Positions 8,191 to 16,440 of a stretch of 51,193 bases of DNA are shown here, one piece after another. The notes beneath the pieces were generated by a model. It was not told the DNA's origin and did not search any database. It saw only the letters and a list, made by a program, of their open reading frames with translations. Location: the IMG/VR virus record IMGVR_UViG_3300035670_000303, positions 1 to 51,193 of that record. One strand, given 5' to 3'. The number at the start of each line of letters is the position of its first letter. Positions within the stretch are counted from its first letter, which is position 1. The position numbers were made by a program, and so were the translations under genes. The DNA is from a virus. Its lineage: Duplodnaviria; Caudoviricetes.

Positions 8191-8257
8191 CATCCCGGAG
8201 GGCTGTGGCCCTCCCTGCTGGGTTCACCAGCGCAACACCACAACCACACCCCGAACC
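8191..8257 (+). promoter_or_regulatory. Double-hairpin plus (CAC)n intergenic element, copy 3
   Basis: GGAGGGC-TGTG-GCCCTCC and GCTGG-GTTCA-CCAGC, then C/A-rich leader to ATG 8258. Confidence 0.75.
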
Positions 8258-8446
8258 ATGCTCACCATTAGCACCACAGAGGCTGCCCTGCTGGCTGCCC
8301 TGCTCCGCCCAAGGGTCACAGCGCTCAGCGAGCTGCTGGCTGCCCAGATCCAATGCCTGCCGCCTGGCGATTCCAGCTGGGCCGATACGGAAGAACAGCT
8401 CGAGACCGCTCAGGCTGCCCTCTCCAAGGTGGAGGCGATCCGATGA
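8258..8446 (+). CDS. Early hypothetical protein
   Basis: Follows repeated leader element. Confidence 0.6.
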   Translation: MLTISTTEAALLAALLRPRVTALSELLAAQIQCLPPGDSSWADTEEQLETAQAALSKVEAIR

Positions 8447-8589
8447 GACGCTTCCTGGGAATAATCAGGCCGCTGCGCGTGCCGCTGCTGTTCGTGGTCA
8501 TCCTCGCCGGCTGGCCCCTGGTGCTGCCCCTGGCCTGGCTCACGCTGCTGGGCTTCTGCGCGTACTGGTTGATCTGGGGGAAGCGATGA
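8443..8589 (+). CDS. Small membrane protein
   Basis: 48 aa, almost entirely hydrophobic; ATGA-coupled at both ends. Confidence 0.55.
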   Translation: MRRFLGIIRPLRVPLLFVVILAGWPLVLPLAWLTLLGFCAYWLIWGKR

Positions 8590-8921
8590 GCGCCACCCCT
8601 GCAGACGTTGCCGCCATGCTGCGCGGCATCCGGGCCCACCATCAGGCGATCAGCGCCAGTGCAGTTGAGACGCTTTTGCACGTCGCAACAGGCGCAGACT
8701 GCAGCGCCGAGCTGTGCCGCCGAATGGGGGTGGTGCGCCAAACCGTCAACCGGAACCTGCAGCACCTAGTTGGCCGCGGCCAGATTGGCAAAGGTCGGGT
8801 TAGGTCCAGGCTGGGGCTGGTGCAGCGGTCGAAACACCCGGACCGCAAAGGGTTTCGGCTTGAGCTCACGGAAAACGGCCGCGAACTTTTAGCTAGTACA
8901 TTTGGACCATTTGAGCCATGA
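8586..8921 (+). CDS. MarR-like winged-helix regulator 1
   Basis: SAELCRRMGVVRQTVNRNLQHL...LGLVQR..HPDRK..RLELTENGR. Confidence 0.75.
   Translation: MSATPADVAAMLRGIRAHHQAISASAVETLLHVATGADCSAELCRRMGVVRQTVNRNLQHLVGRGQIGKGRVRSRLGLVQRSKHPDRKGFRLELTENGRELLASTFGPFEP
8895..8908. promoter_or_regulatory. LexA-box-like site
   Basis: AGTACATTTGGACC, one mismatch to RGTAC-NNN-DGTWCB, in a locally AT-rich patch. Confidence 0.4.
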
Positions 8922-9042
8922 GAATTCGGCTTTTGGCGACCGTCTGCGTCCCTATCACAGGACGATGGCTGGAGTGGTCGCTATGGCTTGAGAACCATGG
9001 CGGCCGGCCCCGGCTTGCTCTGCAGCGGTGCCAAACTCCAGG

Positions 9043-9060
9043 TAGTAGGTATCACCTAGG
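9043..9060. promoter_or_regulatory. TAGTAGG-N5-CCTAGG operator-like site
   Basis: TAGTAGGTATCACCTAGG versus TAGTAGGTGACACCTAGG at 4432-4449; 3 nt before the start at 9064. Confidence 0.6.
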
Positions 9061-9063
9061 ACC

Positions 9064-9381
9064 GTGGATCTCCGTTCACTGGCCTTGGCTTTAGGCACTT
9101 TTGCCACCCAAGACCCGACCCGTTTCCCGCTGCACCACGCCCGGCTGTTCCTTGAAGTCGCTCTAAACGAGCCGACCACCTTCGAGCACCTAGAGCAGGC
9201 CCTCAACCTGACCAACTCCAGCGTGTCCCGATCGGTCTCAGCCCTCAGCGATCGAAACCGCCACGGCGACCGCGGCTACCGGCTGCTCACCGTGGAACGC
9301 GACCCCGAGGAGGGGCGTCGCTTCCTGGTCCGCCTGAGCCCTAAAGGCCGGCTGCTGCTCCAGCAGCTGCAGCGGATCTGA
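9064..9381 (+). CDS. MarR-like winged-helix regulator 2
   Basis: LEQALNLTNSSVSRSVSAL...G..LL...RDPEEGRRFLVRLSPKG. Confidence 0.85.
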   Translation: MDLRSLALALGTFATQDPTRFPLHHARLFLEVALNEPTTFEHLEQALNLTNSSVSRSVSALSDRNRHGDRGYRLLTVERDPEEGRRFLVRLSPKGRLLLQQLQRI

Positions 9382-9415
9382 TCACACCACCACCACCACC
9401 ACCAACAGAACCACC

Positions 9416-10402
9416 ATGACCGGATCAGTTCGCCGCACGGCGGACGGCTGGATTGCCGATGTCTGCATCAACGGCACCCGCCGCACCGCCAAACGCAAGA
9501 CCAAGACCCAGGCCATCGAGGCCAAGCGCCAGCTGCTCGAGCTCCTGGTGGCCCGCAGCAAAGGCGAGCCGGACGGCATCACCATCACCGATGCCCGGGC
9601 CCTCTCCCTGCGCATCCGCTGGGCTGGCAAGGCCTTCGAGCGGACTGCGGCCATCTACAGCCAGGCCGCCGTAGATCACTTCGGCCCGCTCACCCAGCTG
9701 GGCAGCATCACTGCGCCAGCCGTGGAGGAGTGGCGGCAGCTGCTGCTGCGCGGCGGCAACCGCCCAGGGACCGTAAACGCCAAGGTGAGCTGCCTGCGGG
9801 CCATGTTCGGCGATGCCGTGCTCCATGGGCACCTGGCTGCAATCCCGCCGCTGCCCAGGCAGCTGACGAACCGCAACGTCAAGGACCGCACCTTCTCCGA
9901 TGCTGAGATCGCAGCGTTCTGCGATCGGTTCCATGCCGCAGGCCAACCCGCCGCGGCCGACCTTTTCATCTTCCTGCTGGAGACCTGCTGCAGGTGGGGC
10001 GAGGCCGAGCGGCTGCGTGGGGCTGATGTGGATGTGGAGCGCCAAAGGGTCACCTTCTGGGAGACCAAAGCCAACCGGGCCCGCAGCGTGCCGCTCACCC
10101 GCCGCGGCCTGGATGCCCTGCTCCCCCATCTGCCGGCCGTGCCGGGCCATCGGGTCTACCCCTACAGCTACAGGCAGTTCAAGTGGCTGTTCGAGTGCGC
10201 CAAGGAGGGGCTGGGCATCACCGACCCGGCCCTAACGATCCACTGCACCCGCCACACCTGCGCGAGCAAGCTGGCGACCAAGGGGATCCCGCTCCACCAG
10301 CTGATGGCCTTCGGCGGCTGGACCTCACTCCAGAGCGTGCAGCGCTACCTGCACCTGCACACCGATGCCCTGGCGTCCTGCGTGGCAGCGCTTGAGGCCT
10401 GA
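9416..10402 (+). CDS. int: Tyrosine integrase
   Basis: LLETCCRWGE (R), ETK (K), HCTRHT (HxxR), GGW, QRY (Y); short N-terminal arm-binding region. Confidence 0.95.
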   Translation: MTGSVRRTADGWIADVCINGTRRTAKRKTKTQAIEAKRQLLELLVARSKGEPDGITITDARALSLRIRWAGKAFERTAAIYSQAAVDHFGPLTQLGSITAPAVEEWRQLLLRGGNRPGTVNAKVSCLRAMFGDAVLHGHLAAIPPLPRQLTNRNVKDRTFSDAEIAAFCDRFHAAGQPAAADLFIFLLETCCRWGEAERLRGADVDVERQRVTFWETKANRARSVPLTRRGLDALLPHLPAVPGHRVYPYSYRQFKWLFECAKEGLGITDPALTIHCTRHTCASKLATKGIPLHQLMAFGGWTSLQSVQRYLHLHTDALASCVAALEA

Positions 10403-10682
10403 CTGTGGATGCGTCCACCGGATCACGGGAGGATGCAAACTGGGTGCGGTTGGGTGCAGGTTTCTGCATCCTCTGCACCCTTCTCATTTGCTGAGAAGCC
10501 TTGCCACAACTGGCCGGGGGTCTAGCTATCTGGTGAAAGCAGCGGACTCATAATCCGTTTTCCAGTTCTGCATCCCTGCAGATGTCTGGCCTGAACTGCA
10601 GTCAGGCACCCACTGATCAACTCTGCGGGGGTGGGGTGTAATAAGTGCATCGTGATACCGATGCTGCATCTTGCCTGCATCC
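10403..10682. other. attP region: tRNA-derived core flanked by repeated GGRTGC/TGCAYCC arm-like sites
   Basis: Non-coding gap after int; repeats at ~10407, 10431, 10442, 10452, 10465, 10474, 10569, 10676. Confidence 0.75.
10516..10557 (+). pseudogene. 5' half of a tRNA with CAT anticodon (Ile2 or Met), attP core
   Basis: GGGGGTC-TA-GCT..TGG..AGC-A-GCGGA-CTCATAA-TCCG: acceptor 5' strand, D arm and anticodon arm; no T arm or 3' acceptor. Confidence 0.85.
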
Positions 10683-13070
10683 TGCAATTCCTACACACCC
10701 TCGGAGGACCGCCAGCGGCATCTGGAATCGGCGGCTCAGGAGGCGGCAATCAACCGCTCGCGGATCGCCCGGGCCAAGCTCAAACAGCAGGAGAAGGAGA
10801 GCGCCACCGAATACGGCAGGGCCCTGTTCCATGCCCACGGCGAGCGGGTTGCGCTGGCGCTGGAGCACAAGCTGGGCAAGGCGCTGAACCGTGAAGAGTT
10901 GGCCGGCCCGTATCACGCCGGCATGTGGCTGCTGTTCCAGCTGGGCGACAAGGGGCCCCGCTCGATCGCTGCCGTCGCTCTGGGGGTGGTGCTCGATCGG
11001 ATCAGCAAGCCCACCAGCCACCGGGCCATGGCATCCGCCATCGGCAAGGCGATCGAGGCAGAGATCAGAGCGCTGCCGATCGAGGACCGGGGGCAGGATC
11101 TGTTGCGCATCGCCCGCCGGCGGCACGGGAAACAGCTGGCATCAAGGGCCCGGCTGGAGCAGCTGCGCATCCAGGTGGAGCCCTGGGCTGCTGCTGATCG
11201 CTTCCAGGTGGGCGCCTTCCTGCTGGAGATCATCACCACCGAAACCGAGCTCCTGCGAACGACGAAGCAGCCAGGGCGCCGCGGCCTGCAGCTGGTGCCG
11301 GCGCCCGTGGTGGCCGAGATCATCGCTGCCCATCCGCCCACGCCAGCCCGGGCCCGCCGGCTGCCGATGCTCACCCCGCCCAGGCCATGGGAGGGGATGA
11401 CCGGCGGCGGGCACCTCGACAACACCGAGCCCCTGGTGCGCAGCCGCAAAGGGCATCCGATCGACTACCTCACCACCGAGGCCCTGCAGCCGGCGCTGCA
11501 GGTGGTGAACACCCTGCAGGAGCAGGAGCTGCGGCTGGATCCATGGATGGTGGGCAACCAGCGCATTGCCTGGGATGCAAACTTGCGCGGCCTGTTCCCG
11601 ATCCTGCGCGATCCGATCGAGGCCCCGCCCAAACCCACCGAGCTGGTGGGCAAGGAGGCCATGGCCCGCTGGCATCAGCAGGAGCAGGCATTTCACCGGG
11701 ATCGGATCGAAGGCCGCCACGCCCGCAACCAGATCGAGAGCTCCATCCGCCAGGCCGAGCAGCTGGCCGGCGAGCAGCTGTGGTTCAGCTGGTGCATAGA
11801 CATGAGGGGCAGGGCGTACACCGCCAACCGGCTCACCACCCACCAGGGGCCCGACCATGAGAAGGCCCAGATCCTGATTGCCAACGCCAGGCCCTGCGAC
11901 GACCGCGCCGCCGACTGGATCCTCAAGGCTGCCGCGATCCACTGGGGCATGAAGGGCAGCTGGGTGGACCGGCTGCAGTTCGGGCGGGATCAGATCGAGC
12001 GGATGCTGGCCGCGGCCGAGGACCCGCTGGAGCGTGTCCATCTATGGCGTGATGCCAAGGAGCCGTGGCAGTTCCTGGCCTGCTGCCGGGCCATCCAGCA
12101 GTGGATCGAGGACCCCAGCCAGCCGATCCATCAGCCGGTGCGGCTGGATCAGACCAGCTCCGGCCCGGGCATCATCGGCGCGCTGCTGAGGGATCGCGGG
12201 CTGGCCCGGGCCTGCAACCTGATCGGCACCACCTGCCACGACCTCTACACCGAGCTGGCCCAGGAGGTGACGCTGCTGCTGCGCTCTGATCTGGAGGCCG
12301 GCGATGCCAAGGAGCAGCGGCACGCGGCCTGGTGGCTGGAGAAGGGCATCACGCGGGCCATGGCCAAGATCCCCGTCATGTCCACGGTCTACGGGGCGAA
12401 GCTGCTGGGTGTGACCGAGCAGCTGGTGGCCCTGCTCGATGAATCAGAGGGTGCGGTGTCCCTGGGCCGGCTGGAGCGCGAGCGGCTGCTGCCCTGCCGC
12501 TACCTGGCGCGGAAGTTCGGCCTGGCTGTTGGCGCCCGCCTGGGTGGCGCCGTGGCGTTCCAGGCCTGGCTGCGGGCCGTGGTGCGCTGCTGCAGCGCCA
12601 AGAACAAGCCGATGCAGTGGACAACACCGATGGGGCTGCCGATCCGGCTGGGCAAGGAGCTCACCGCCAGCAGCGGGGTGAAGTCGCTGCTGCATGGCAC
12701 CCGCCGCTGGCAGACGCTGCTGGATGCGCCGCCACCGGGGAAGCTCAGCGCCCTGGAGACCGGCCGGGCGATCACCGCCAACCTGATCCACTCCTTCGAC
12801 GCGGCCTTGGTGTGGGCGATGGTCTGCGATGGTGCAGATAAAGGCGTCACGGTGCTGCCCAACCACGACTGTTTCGCCGTCCCGCCCTGCGATGCCGAGT
12901 GGCTGCACAGCACGCTGCTGTGGCGCACTGGGGAGCTCTACCGGCCGGACTGGCTGGCCGAGATCACGGCCGAAATCCAGGCTACGGCTGGGGTGCAGCT
13001 GCCAACGCCGCCGATGGTGGGCACGCTGGAGGTGGGGGAGATCGGCAGGAACCCCTACCTGTTCTCCTAG
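10671..13070 (+). CDS. Single-subunit T7-like RNA polymerase (gp1)
   Basis: DMRGRAY, motif A LDQTSSG, motif B RAMAKIPVMSTVYG, NLIHSFDA, motif C HDCF, C-terminal YLFS; start codon uncertain. Confidence 0.96.
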   Translation: MPASCNSYTPSEDRQRHLESAAQEAAINRSRIARAKLKQQEKESATEYGRALFHAHGERVALALEHKLGKALNREELAGPYHAGMWLLFQLGDKGPRSIAAVALGVVLDRISKPTSHRAMASAIGKAIEAEIRALPIEDRGQDLLRIARRRHGKQLASRARLEQLRIQVEPWAAADRFQVGAFLLEIITTETELLRTTKQPGRRGLQLVPAPVVAEIIAAHPPTPARARRLPMLTPPRPWEGMTGGGHLDNTEPLVRSRKGHPIDYLTTEALQPALQVVNTLQEQELRLDPWMVGNQRIAWDANLRGLFPILRDPIEAPPKPTELVGKEAMARWHQQEQAFHRDRIEGRHARNQIESSIRQAEQLAGEQLWFSWCIDMRGRAYTANRLTTHQGPDHEKAQILIANARPCDDRAADWILKAAAIHWGMKGSWVDRLQFGRDQIERMLAAAEDPLERVHLWRDAKEPWQFLACCRAIQQWIEDPSQPIHQPVRLDQTSSGPGIIGALLRDRGLARACNLIGTTCHDLYTELAQEVTLLLRSDLEAGDAKEQRHAAWWLEKGITRAMAKIPVMSTVYGAKLLGVTEQLVALLDESEGAVSLGRLERERLLPCRYLARKFGLAVGARLGGAVAFQAWLRAVVRCCSAKNKPMQWTTPMGLPIRLGKELTASSGVKSLLHGTRRWQTLLDAPPPGKLSALETGRAITANLIHSFDAALVWAMVCDGADKGVTVLPNHDCFAVPPCDAEWLHSTLLWRTGELYRPDWLAEITAEIQATAGVQLPTPPMVGTLEVGEIGRNPYLFS

Positions 13071-13131
13071 AGGTATTGCCTAGGTGGCTCCTAGGTGCCA
13101 TGCTGCTGCAGCAACTCTGCATCCATGCAGC
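13066..13131. promoter_or_regulatory. Composite site: phased CCTAGG array plus TCTGCA-TCCA-TGCAGC palindrome before ssb
   Basis: CCTAGG at 13079 and 13090; palindrome 13116-13131, ATG at 13136. Confidence 0.65.
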
Positions 13132-13135
13132 ACAA

Positions 13136-13780
13136 ATGCCGCGAGAACTGATTGTGACCCCAGTGGGCGAAGCCTGGTGGGCGAAAGTGTTTGAGCCTGA
13201 GGAGGATCGCTTCGAGGAGGACAAGCCTCGCCAGTGGTCGATCGAATGGGCTGGCCCGCAGAACAGCCGCGAGGTGCTGGGCCTCATGCAGGCCATCGAG
13301 GCCGAGTTCGCTCGCCTCAATGGCGATGGCGCCAAACCCAGCAAGAACGCCTGGCCGTTCAAGGAGCAGACCGACAAGGAAGGCAACCCCACCGGGCTGC
13401 TGGCGTTTCGGATGCGCAAGAACGAAACCACCAAGAAGGGCAAGGTGCTCCAGGCGCCGGCCATCTACGACAGCCACAAGAACCCATGGCCTGCCGACAC
13501 CCTGATCGGCAATGGCAGCAAGGTGAAGGTGGCGTTCAGCTGCTACGGCTGGGAGGACAAGTTCGGCAAGAAGGGCATCAGCCTCAGTCTTGAGGCGGTG
13601 CAGGTGCTGGATCTGGTGCCCTACGAGCAGCGCGATCCCGGCGATGCCTTCGGGGTGGAGAACGGCTATGTGGTGGACACCCCGGCCGATGCGTTTGGTG
13701 GTGGTGAGGAGCTCACCCCGAGCCAGCGACTGCAGCGCCAGGCCGCGCAGCAGCAGGTCGAGGAGGAGATCCCGTTCTGA
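13136..13780 (+). CDS. ssb: ssDNA-binding protein (T7 gp2.5-like)
   Basis: TPVGEAWWAKV, IGNGSKVKV, GISLSLEAVQVLDLV, acidic tail ending EEEIPF. Confidence 0.9.
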   Translation: MPRELIVTPVGEAWWAKVFEPEEDRFEEDKPRQWSIEWAGPQNSREVLGLMQAIEAEFARLNGDGAKPSKNAWPFKEQTDKEGNPTGLLAFRMRKNETTKKGKVLQAPAIYDSHKNPWPADTLIGNGSKVKVAFSCYGWEDKFGKKGISLSLEAVQVLDLVPYEQRDPGDAFGVENGYVVDTPADAFGGGEELTPSQRLQRQAAQQQVEEEIPF

Positions 13781-14169
13781 TGACCGTGCGATCAGCTGAC
13801 TTTGAGCTGCCGCTGCCGCTTCAACCCAAGGAGCGGCCGCGCTTCTCTGGCCATGCTTACAACAGCAAGAAGTACCGGGACTGGATGCAGCAATGCCGAG
13901 CAATTCTCGGCGAGTGGTGGACAATCCCGCCGCTTGATAAGGGTCAGCTGCTCGCTGTTCAGTTCTATTTCCGGGGGCCTGGCACCAGTGATCTCGACAA
14001 TCTCTGCGGTGCAGTGATGGATGCCGGCAAGGGCATTCTCTGGGTCGATGACCGGGTGACGATTCTCAAAAGGATCGAAGCCGAGTGGGAGCAGGCTCCC
14101 AAGAAACAACAATCCATCATTCTCAAGGTGATCTGGGATGAACAATCACGGCTATCCACCGCTGGCTGA
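13780..14169 (+). CDS. rusA: RusA-family Holliday junction resolvase
   Basis: PKERPRF...DLDNL..AVMDA.KGILWVDD. Confidence 0.85.
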   Translation: MTVRSADFELPLPLQPKERPRFSGHAYNSKKYRDWMQQCRAILGEWWTIPPLDKGQLLAVQFYFRGPGTSDLDNLCGAVMDAGKGILWVDDRVTILKRIEAEWEQAPKKQQSIILKVIWDEQSRLSTAG

Positions 14170-14362
14170 GCAGGAGTGCGGCAACTGCCGCTACAGCCGT
14201 GCCACCAAAAGAACCGACGACGTGCTCAGTTGCCGGCGTGATTCGCCCAAGCTGACTGATCTCAAGCACTCCGACGACGACAAGACCTCATGGGGCTGGT
14301 GGCCGGCTGTCTGCCCTGACTTCTGGTGCGGCGAGTGGGCGCCGCAGGAGGTGACTCGATGA
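14138..14362 (+). CDS. Cys-rich conserved phage protein
   Basis: CGNCRY...CRR..P...WP.V...WCGEW. Confidence 0.7.
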   Translation: MNNHGYPPLAEQECGNCRYSRATKRTDDVLSCRRDSPKLTDLKHSDDDKTSWGWWPAVCPDFWCGEWAPQEVTR

Positions 14363-14928
14363 GGTGCCCCCGCTGCGACCACGACCGCACCAAGGTCGAA
14401 GAAACTCGGCCGCGAGAGGAAGGCGACCTGCGGTATCGCCGCTGCCTCAAATGCGCAGAGCGCTTCACCACCATGGAGCGGGTGTGCGTCAACGACCCAG
14501 GCGCGGCCGGGTATCTCGACGCACATCCCCTGCGGGTGGTGCCGGAACCCCAGCAACCCGCCAAGGCCCCTGCCAAGGCCGCCCGCGCCGCCCGGTTCAT
14601 GCCGGACGAGGTGCCCGACGACTTCGGCATCACCGCCGAGGCTGCACCGCTGCTGCTGCAGTGGTGGCGCGAAAGCCGCCGCAGCAAGCACGGCAGCAAG
14701 GCCACCTGGACTGAGGCCGCCTGGTTGGGCAGTGTTGCCCGGGTGGGCCGGCTCCCCGCCGCCAAGCAGGTCGAGCTCTGCACCGCTGGAGTGGAGAACG
14801 GCTGGCAGTCGCTGCGCGAGGAGTACCTGGGCAGCCACAAGCCGCTCGGCCTGCCGCAGATGGGCCGCCGCCCCATGCCCAAGGACCCCGCCATGCTCGC
14901 CGCGCTGGAGGAGCCATGGCCGGCCTGA
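14359..14928 (+). CDS. NrdR-like Zn ribbon fused to a replication-initiator-like C-terminal domain
   Basis: MRCPRC..T.V.ETR...[17 protein letters not shown]; C-terminal WW..R..K....T..AW...NGWQSL. Confidence 0.65.
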   Translation: MRCPRCDHDRTKVEETRPREEGDLRYRRCLKCAERFTTMERVCVNDPGAAGYLDAHPLRVVPEPQQPAKAPAKAARAARFMPDEVPDDFGITAEAAPLLLQWWRESRRSKHGSKATWTEAAWLGSVARVGRLPAAKQVELCTAGVENGWQSLREEYLGSHKPLGLPQMGRRPMPKDPAMLAALEEPWPA

Positions 14929-15428
14929 CTGCCGAGACCTTCCTGGCGGTTGCCGAAATGGTGGCCGGGCACCTGCGGCTCAAGGAGGCCGATCGGTGGA
15001 GCCCCCATGTGTGCCGGCTCAAGCTGCACAGCTTCAAGGCTGAGTTCCCCGAGGTGAACGACCCGCAGCTGATGTGGGCCGCCGAGAGGTGGATCCAGTC
15101 CACCGACCCCCAGGCGTTCCATCGGTTCCCGATCTGGGCTGAGCTGATGGCGCCGCTGTACCGGACAGAGGGCGGGCTGGCGAATCGCAGCTGGGGCCCG
15201 AAGGAGGACCTGCCTAAGTTCGTGCAGTTCAAGCCGGCCCAACTGGCGCTGCTGCCCGAGCTGCCCGCCTCGATCCATGCCGCGCCCGACCCGGCTAATG
15301 CCGGCGCCTATGCACTGGTGCAGGGCAGCCAGCGGCCGGCGCTGCCGCCAGCTGACGAGGCCCAGGGCCTCACCGATGAGCAGTGGCAGGCCTATCTGGA
15401 GCGGGTGAAGGAGGAGGCGGCAGCATGA
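14916..15428 (+). CDS. Putative helicase loader/inhibitor (G39P- or lambda P-like)
   Basis: W...F.E......AAERWI......FP..AEL pattern; directly after the initiator-like gene. Confidence 0.45.
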   Translation: MAGLTAETFLAVAEMVAGHLRLKEADRWSPHVCRLKLHSFKAEFPEVNDPQLMWAAERWIQSTDPQAFHRFPIWAELMAPLYRTEGGLANRSWGPKEDLPKFVQFKPAQLALLPELPASIHAAPDPANAGAYALVQGSQRPALPPADEAQGLTDEQWQAYLERVKEEAAA

Positions 15429-15673
15429 ACCCGAAATACACAGACAACTGCTGCTCATCCTGCGGTGGTCAAAGTCTGGAGGTGATTGAGTCAAGACAAA
15501 GAAAAGATTGGCGCCGCCGCCGGCATAGTTGCGTGCAGTGCGGGCACAGATGGACCACATACGAAATCAGCGCTGAGCGATTTGAGGAATACCGGGCCGC
15601 AAGCCATGCGCTAAGAGCAATTCTGGATTGCAATAGCGAATACCAGCAAAAGGAGGCCCCATGCAGCCCCTGA
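15425..15673 (+). CDS. Stand-alone NrdR-like Zn-ribbon protein
   Basis: CSSCG....VIESR....RRRRHSCVQCGHRWTTYE; lower GC than neighbours. Confidence 0.75.
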   Translation: MNPKYTDNCCSSCGGQSLEVIESRQRKDWRRRRHSCVQCGHRWTTYEISAERFEEYRAASHALRAILDCNSEYQQKEAPCSP

Positions 15674-15879
15674 TCAGCAGCGCTGCACTGCAGGGGATCC
15701 TCGAAAAGGGTCTGCTGCAGGGGTACTGGTCGATCGACCAGTTCAACAAGACCAGCAAGAAAGGCGAGCCGGTGTTGCCCACGCCTGGGTTCATCACCGA
15801 GCACCCGCAGTTCTTCGACCGGGCCCACCGCGACCTTGATGCCTACGCCCAGGGCGCGGGCAGGAGGGATTGGTTTTGA
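15661..15879 (+). CDS. Hypothetical protein
   Basis: Overlapping chain of ORFs, good codon bias. Confidence 0.6.
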   Translation: MQPLISSAALQGILEKGLLQGYWSIDQFNKTSKKGEPVLPTPGFITEHPQFFDRAHRDLDAYAQGAGRRDWF

Positions 15880-16103
15880 GCTGGCCCACCGACTACGAGA
15901 TCGGCCAGCCGGTGCGCGTCCGCTACCAGGGCGGATGGCGCAGCGGCCAGGTGGTCTCCACCCGCACCCGCAGCTGCATGGTCCTGCTGGTGCGCGGCAG
16001 CAATCAACAGACCATCAACATCCACGATCCCCGCAACATTCAGCCATGCCCCCCAACAAAGACGACCGGCTCGATGTCGAACGATCAGCCGTCCTTCGGC
16101 TGA
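15870..16103 (+). CDS. Small SH3/Tudor-like beta protein
   Basis: YEIGQPVRVRYQGGWRSGQVV; start may be TTG 15876. Confidence 0.55.
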   Translation: MVLSWPTDYEIGQPVRVRYQGGWRSGQVVSTRTRSCMVLLVRGSNQQTINIHDPRNIQPCPPTKTTGSMSNDQPSFG

Positions 16104-16213
16104 GAAGTGATGCGCTGCAACGTGTGCAGCAATCAGGCGAGAGCTTTTCTGGCCGCTGGTGGGATGGCTACCTGCGGGCTATTGACCACATTCTCGAAAT
16201 GGAGAACGAATGA
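16046..16213 (+). CDS. Hypothetical protein
   Basis: ATG 16046; coupled to next ORF. Confidence 0.5.
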   Translation: MPPNKDDRLDVERSAVLRLRSDALQRVQQSGESFSGRWWDGYLRAIDHILEMENE

Positions 16214-16440
16214 TGGGCTGGAGTGAACCAAAGGTCTACGAGTTTGAGGGCCCGCAACCTGTCATCGGCCCCGGCGTCAGCCGCCCCAAGCCAACCGAAT
16301 CAGCCCGGCTGTTTCGGCTCCGGGTGAAGCTGCCCGGCAAACCCCAGATGACGGTCACGCTGCCAGCGCCCACCCGAGGCAAGGCGATCATGTACTGCAA
16401 GAACCGCTGGCCAGGCTGTGATGCGGAGGTGGTGGAGTGA
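16210..16440 (+). CDS. Hypothetical protein
   Basis: Coupled at both ends. Confidence 0.65.
   Translation: MMGWSEPKVYEFEGPQPVIGPGVSRPKPTESARLFRLRVKLPGKPQMTVTLPAPTRGKAIMYCKNRWPGCDAEVVE

Noticed and set aside
10516-10590. Complete tRNA gene
   Set aside because: No T arm (GTTCRA) or 3' acceptor strand after the anticodon stem; only the 5' half is present
10671-13070. Degenerate or inactive RNA polymerase
   Set aside because: Motif A Asp, motif B Lys/Tyr and motif C His-Asp are all present
12899-13135. N-terminal extensions of ssb and other ORF-track calls (16824, 22267, 8085, 1436)
   Set aside because: They overlap upstream genes; homology-like sequence and leader motifs begin at the downstream starts used here
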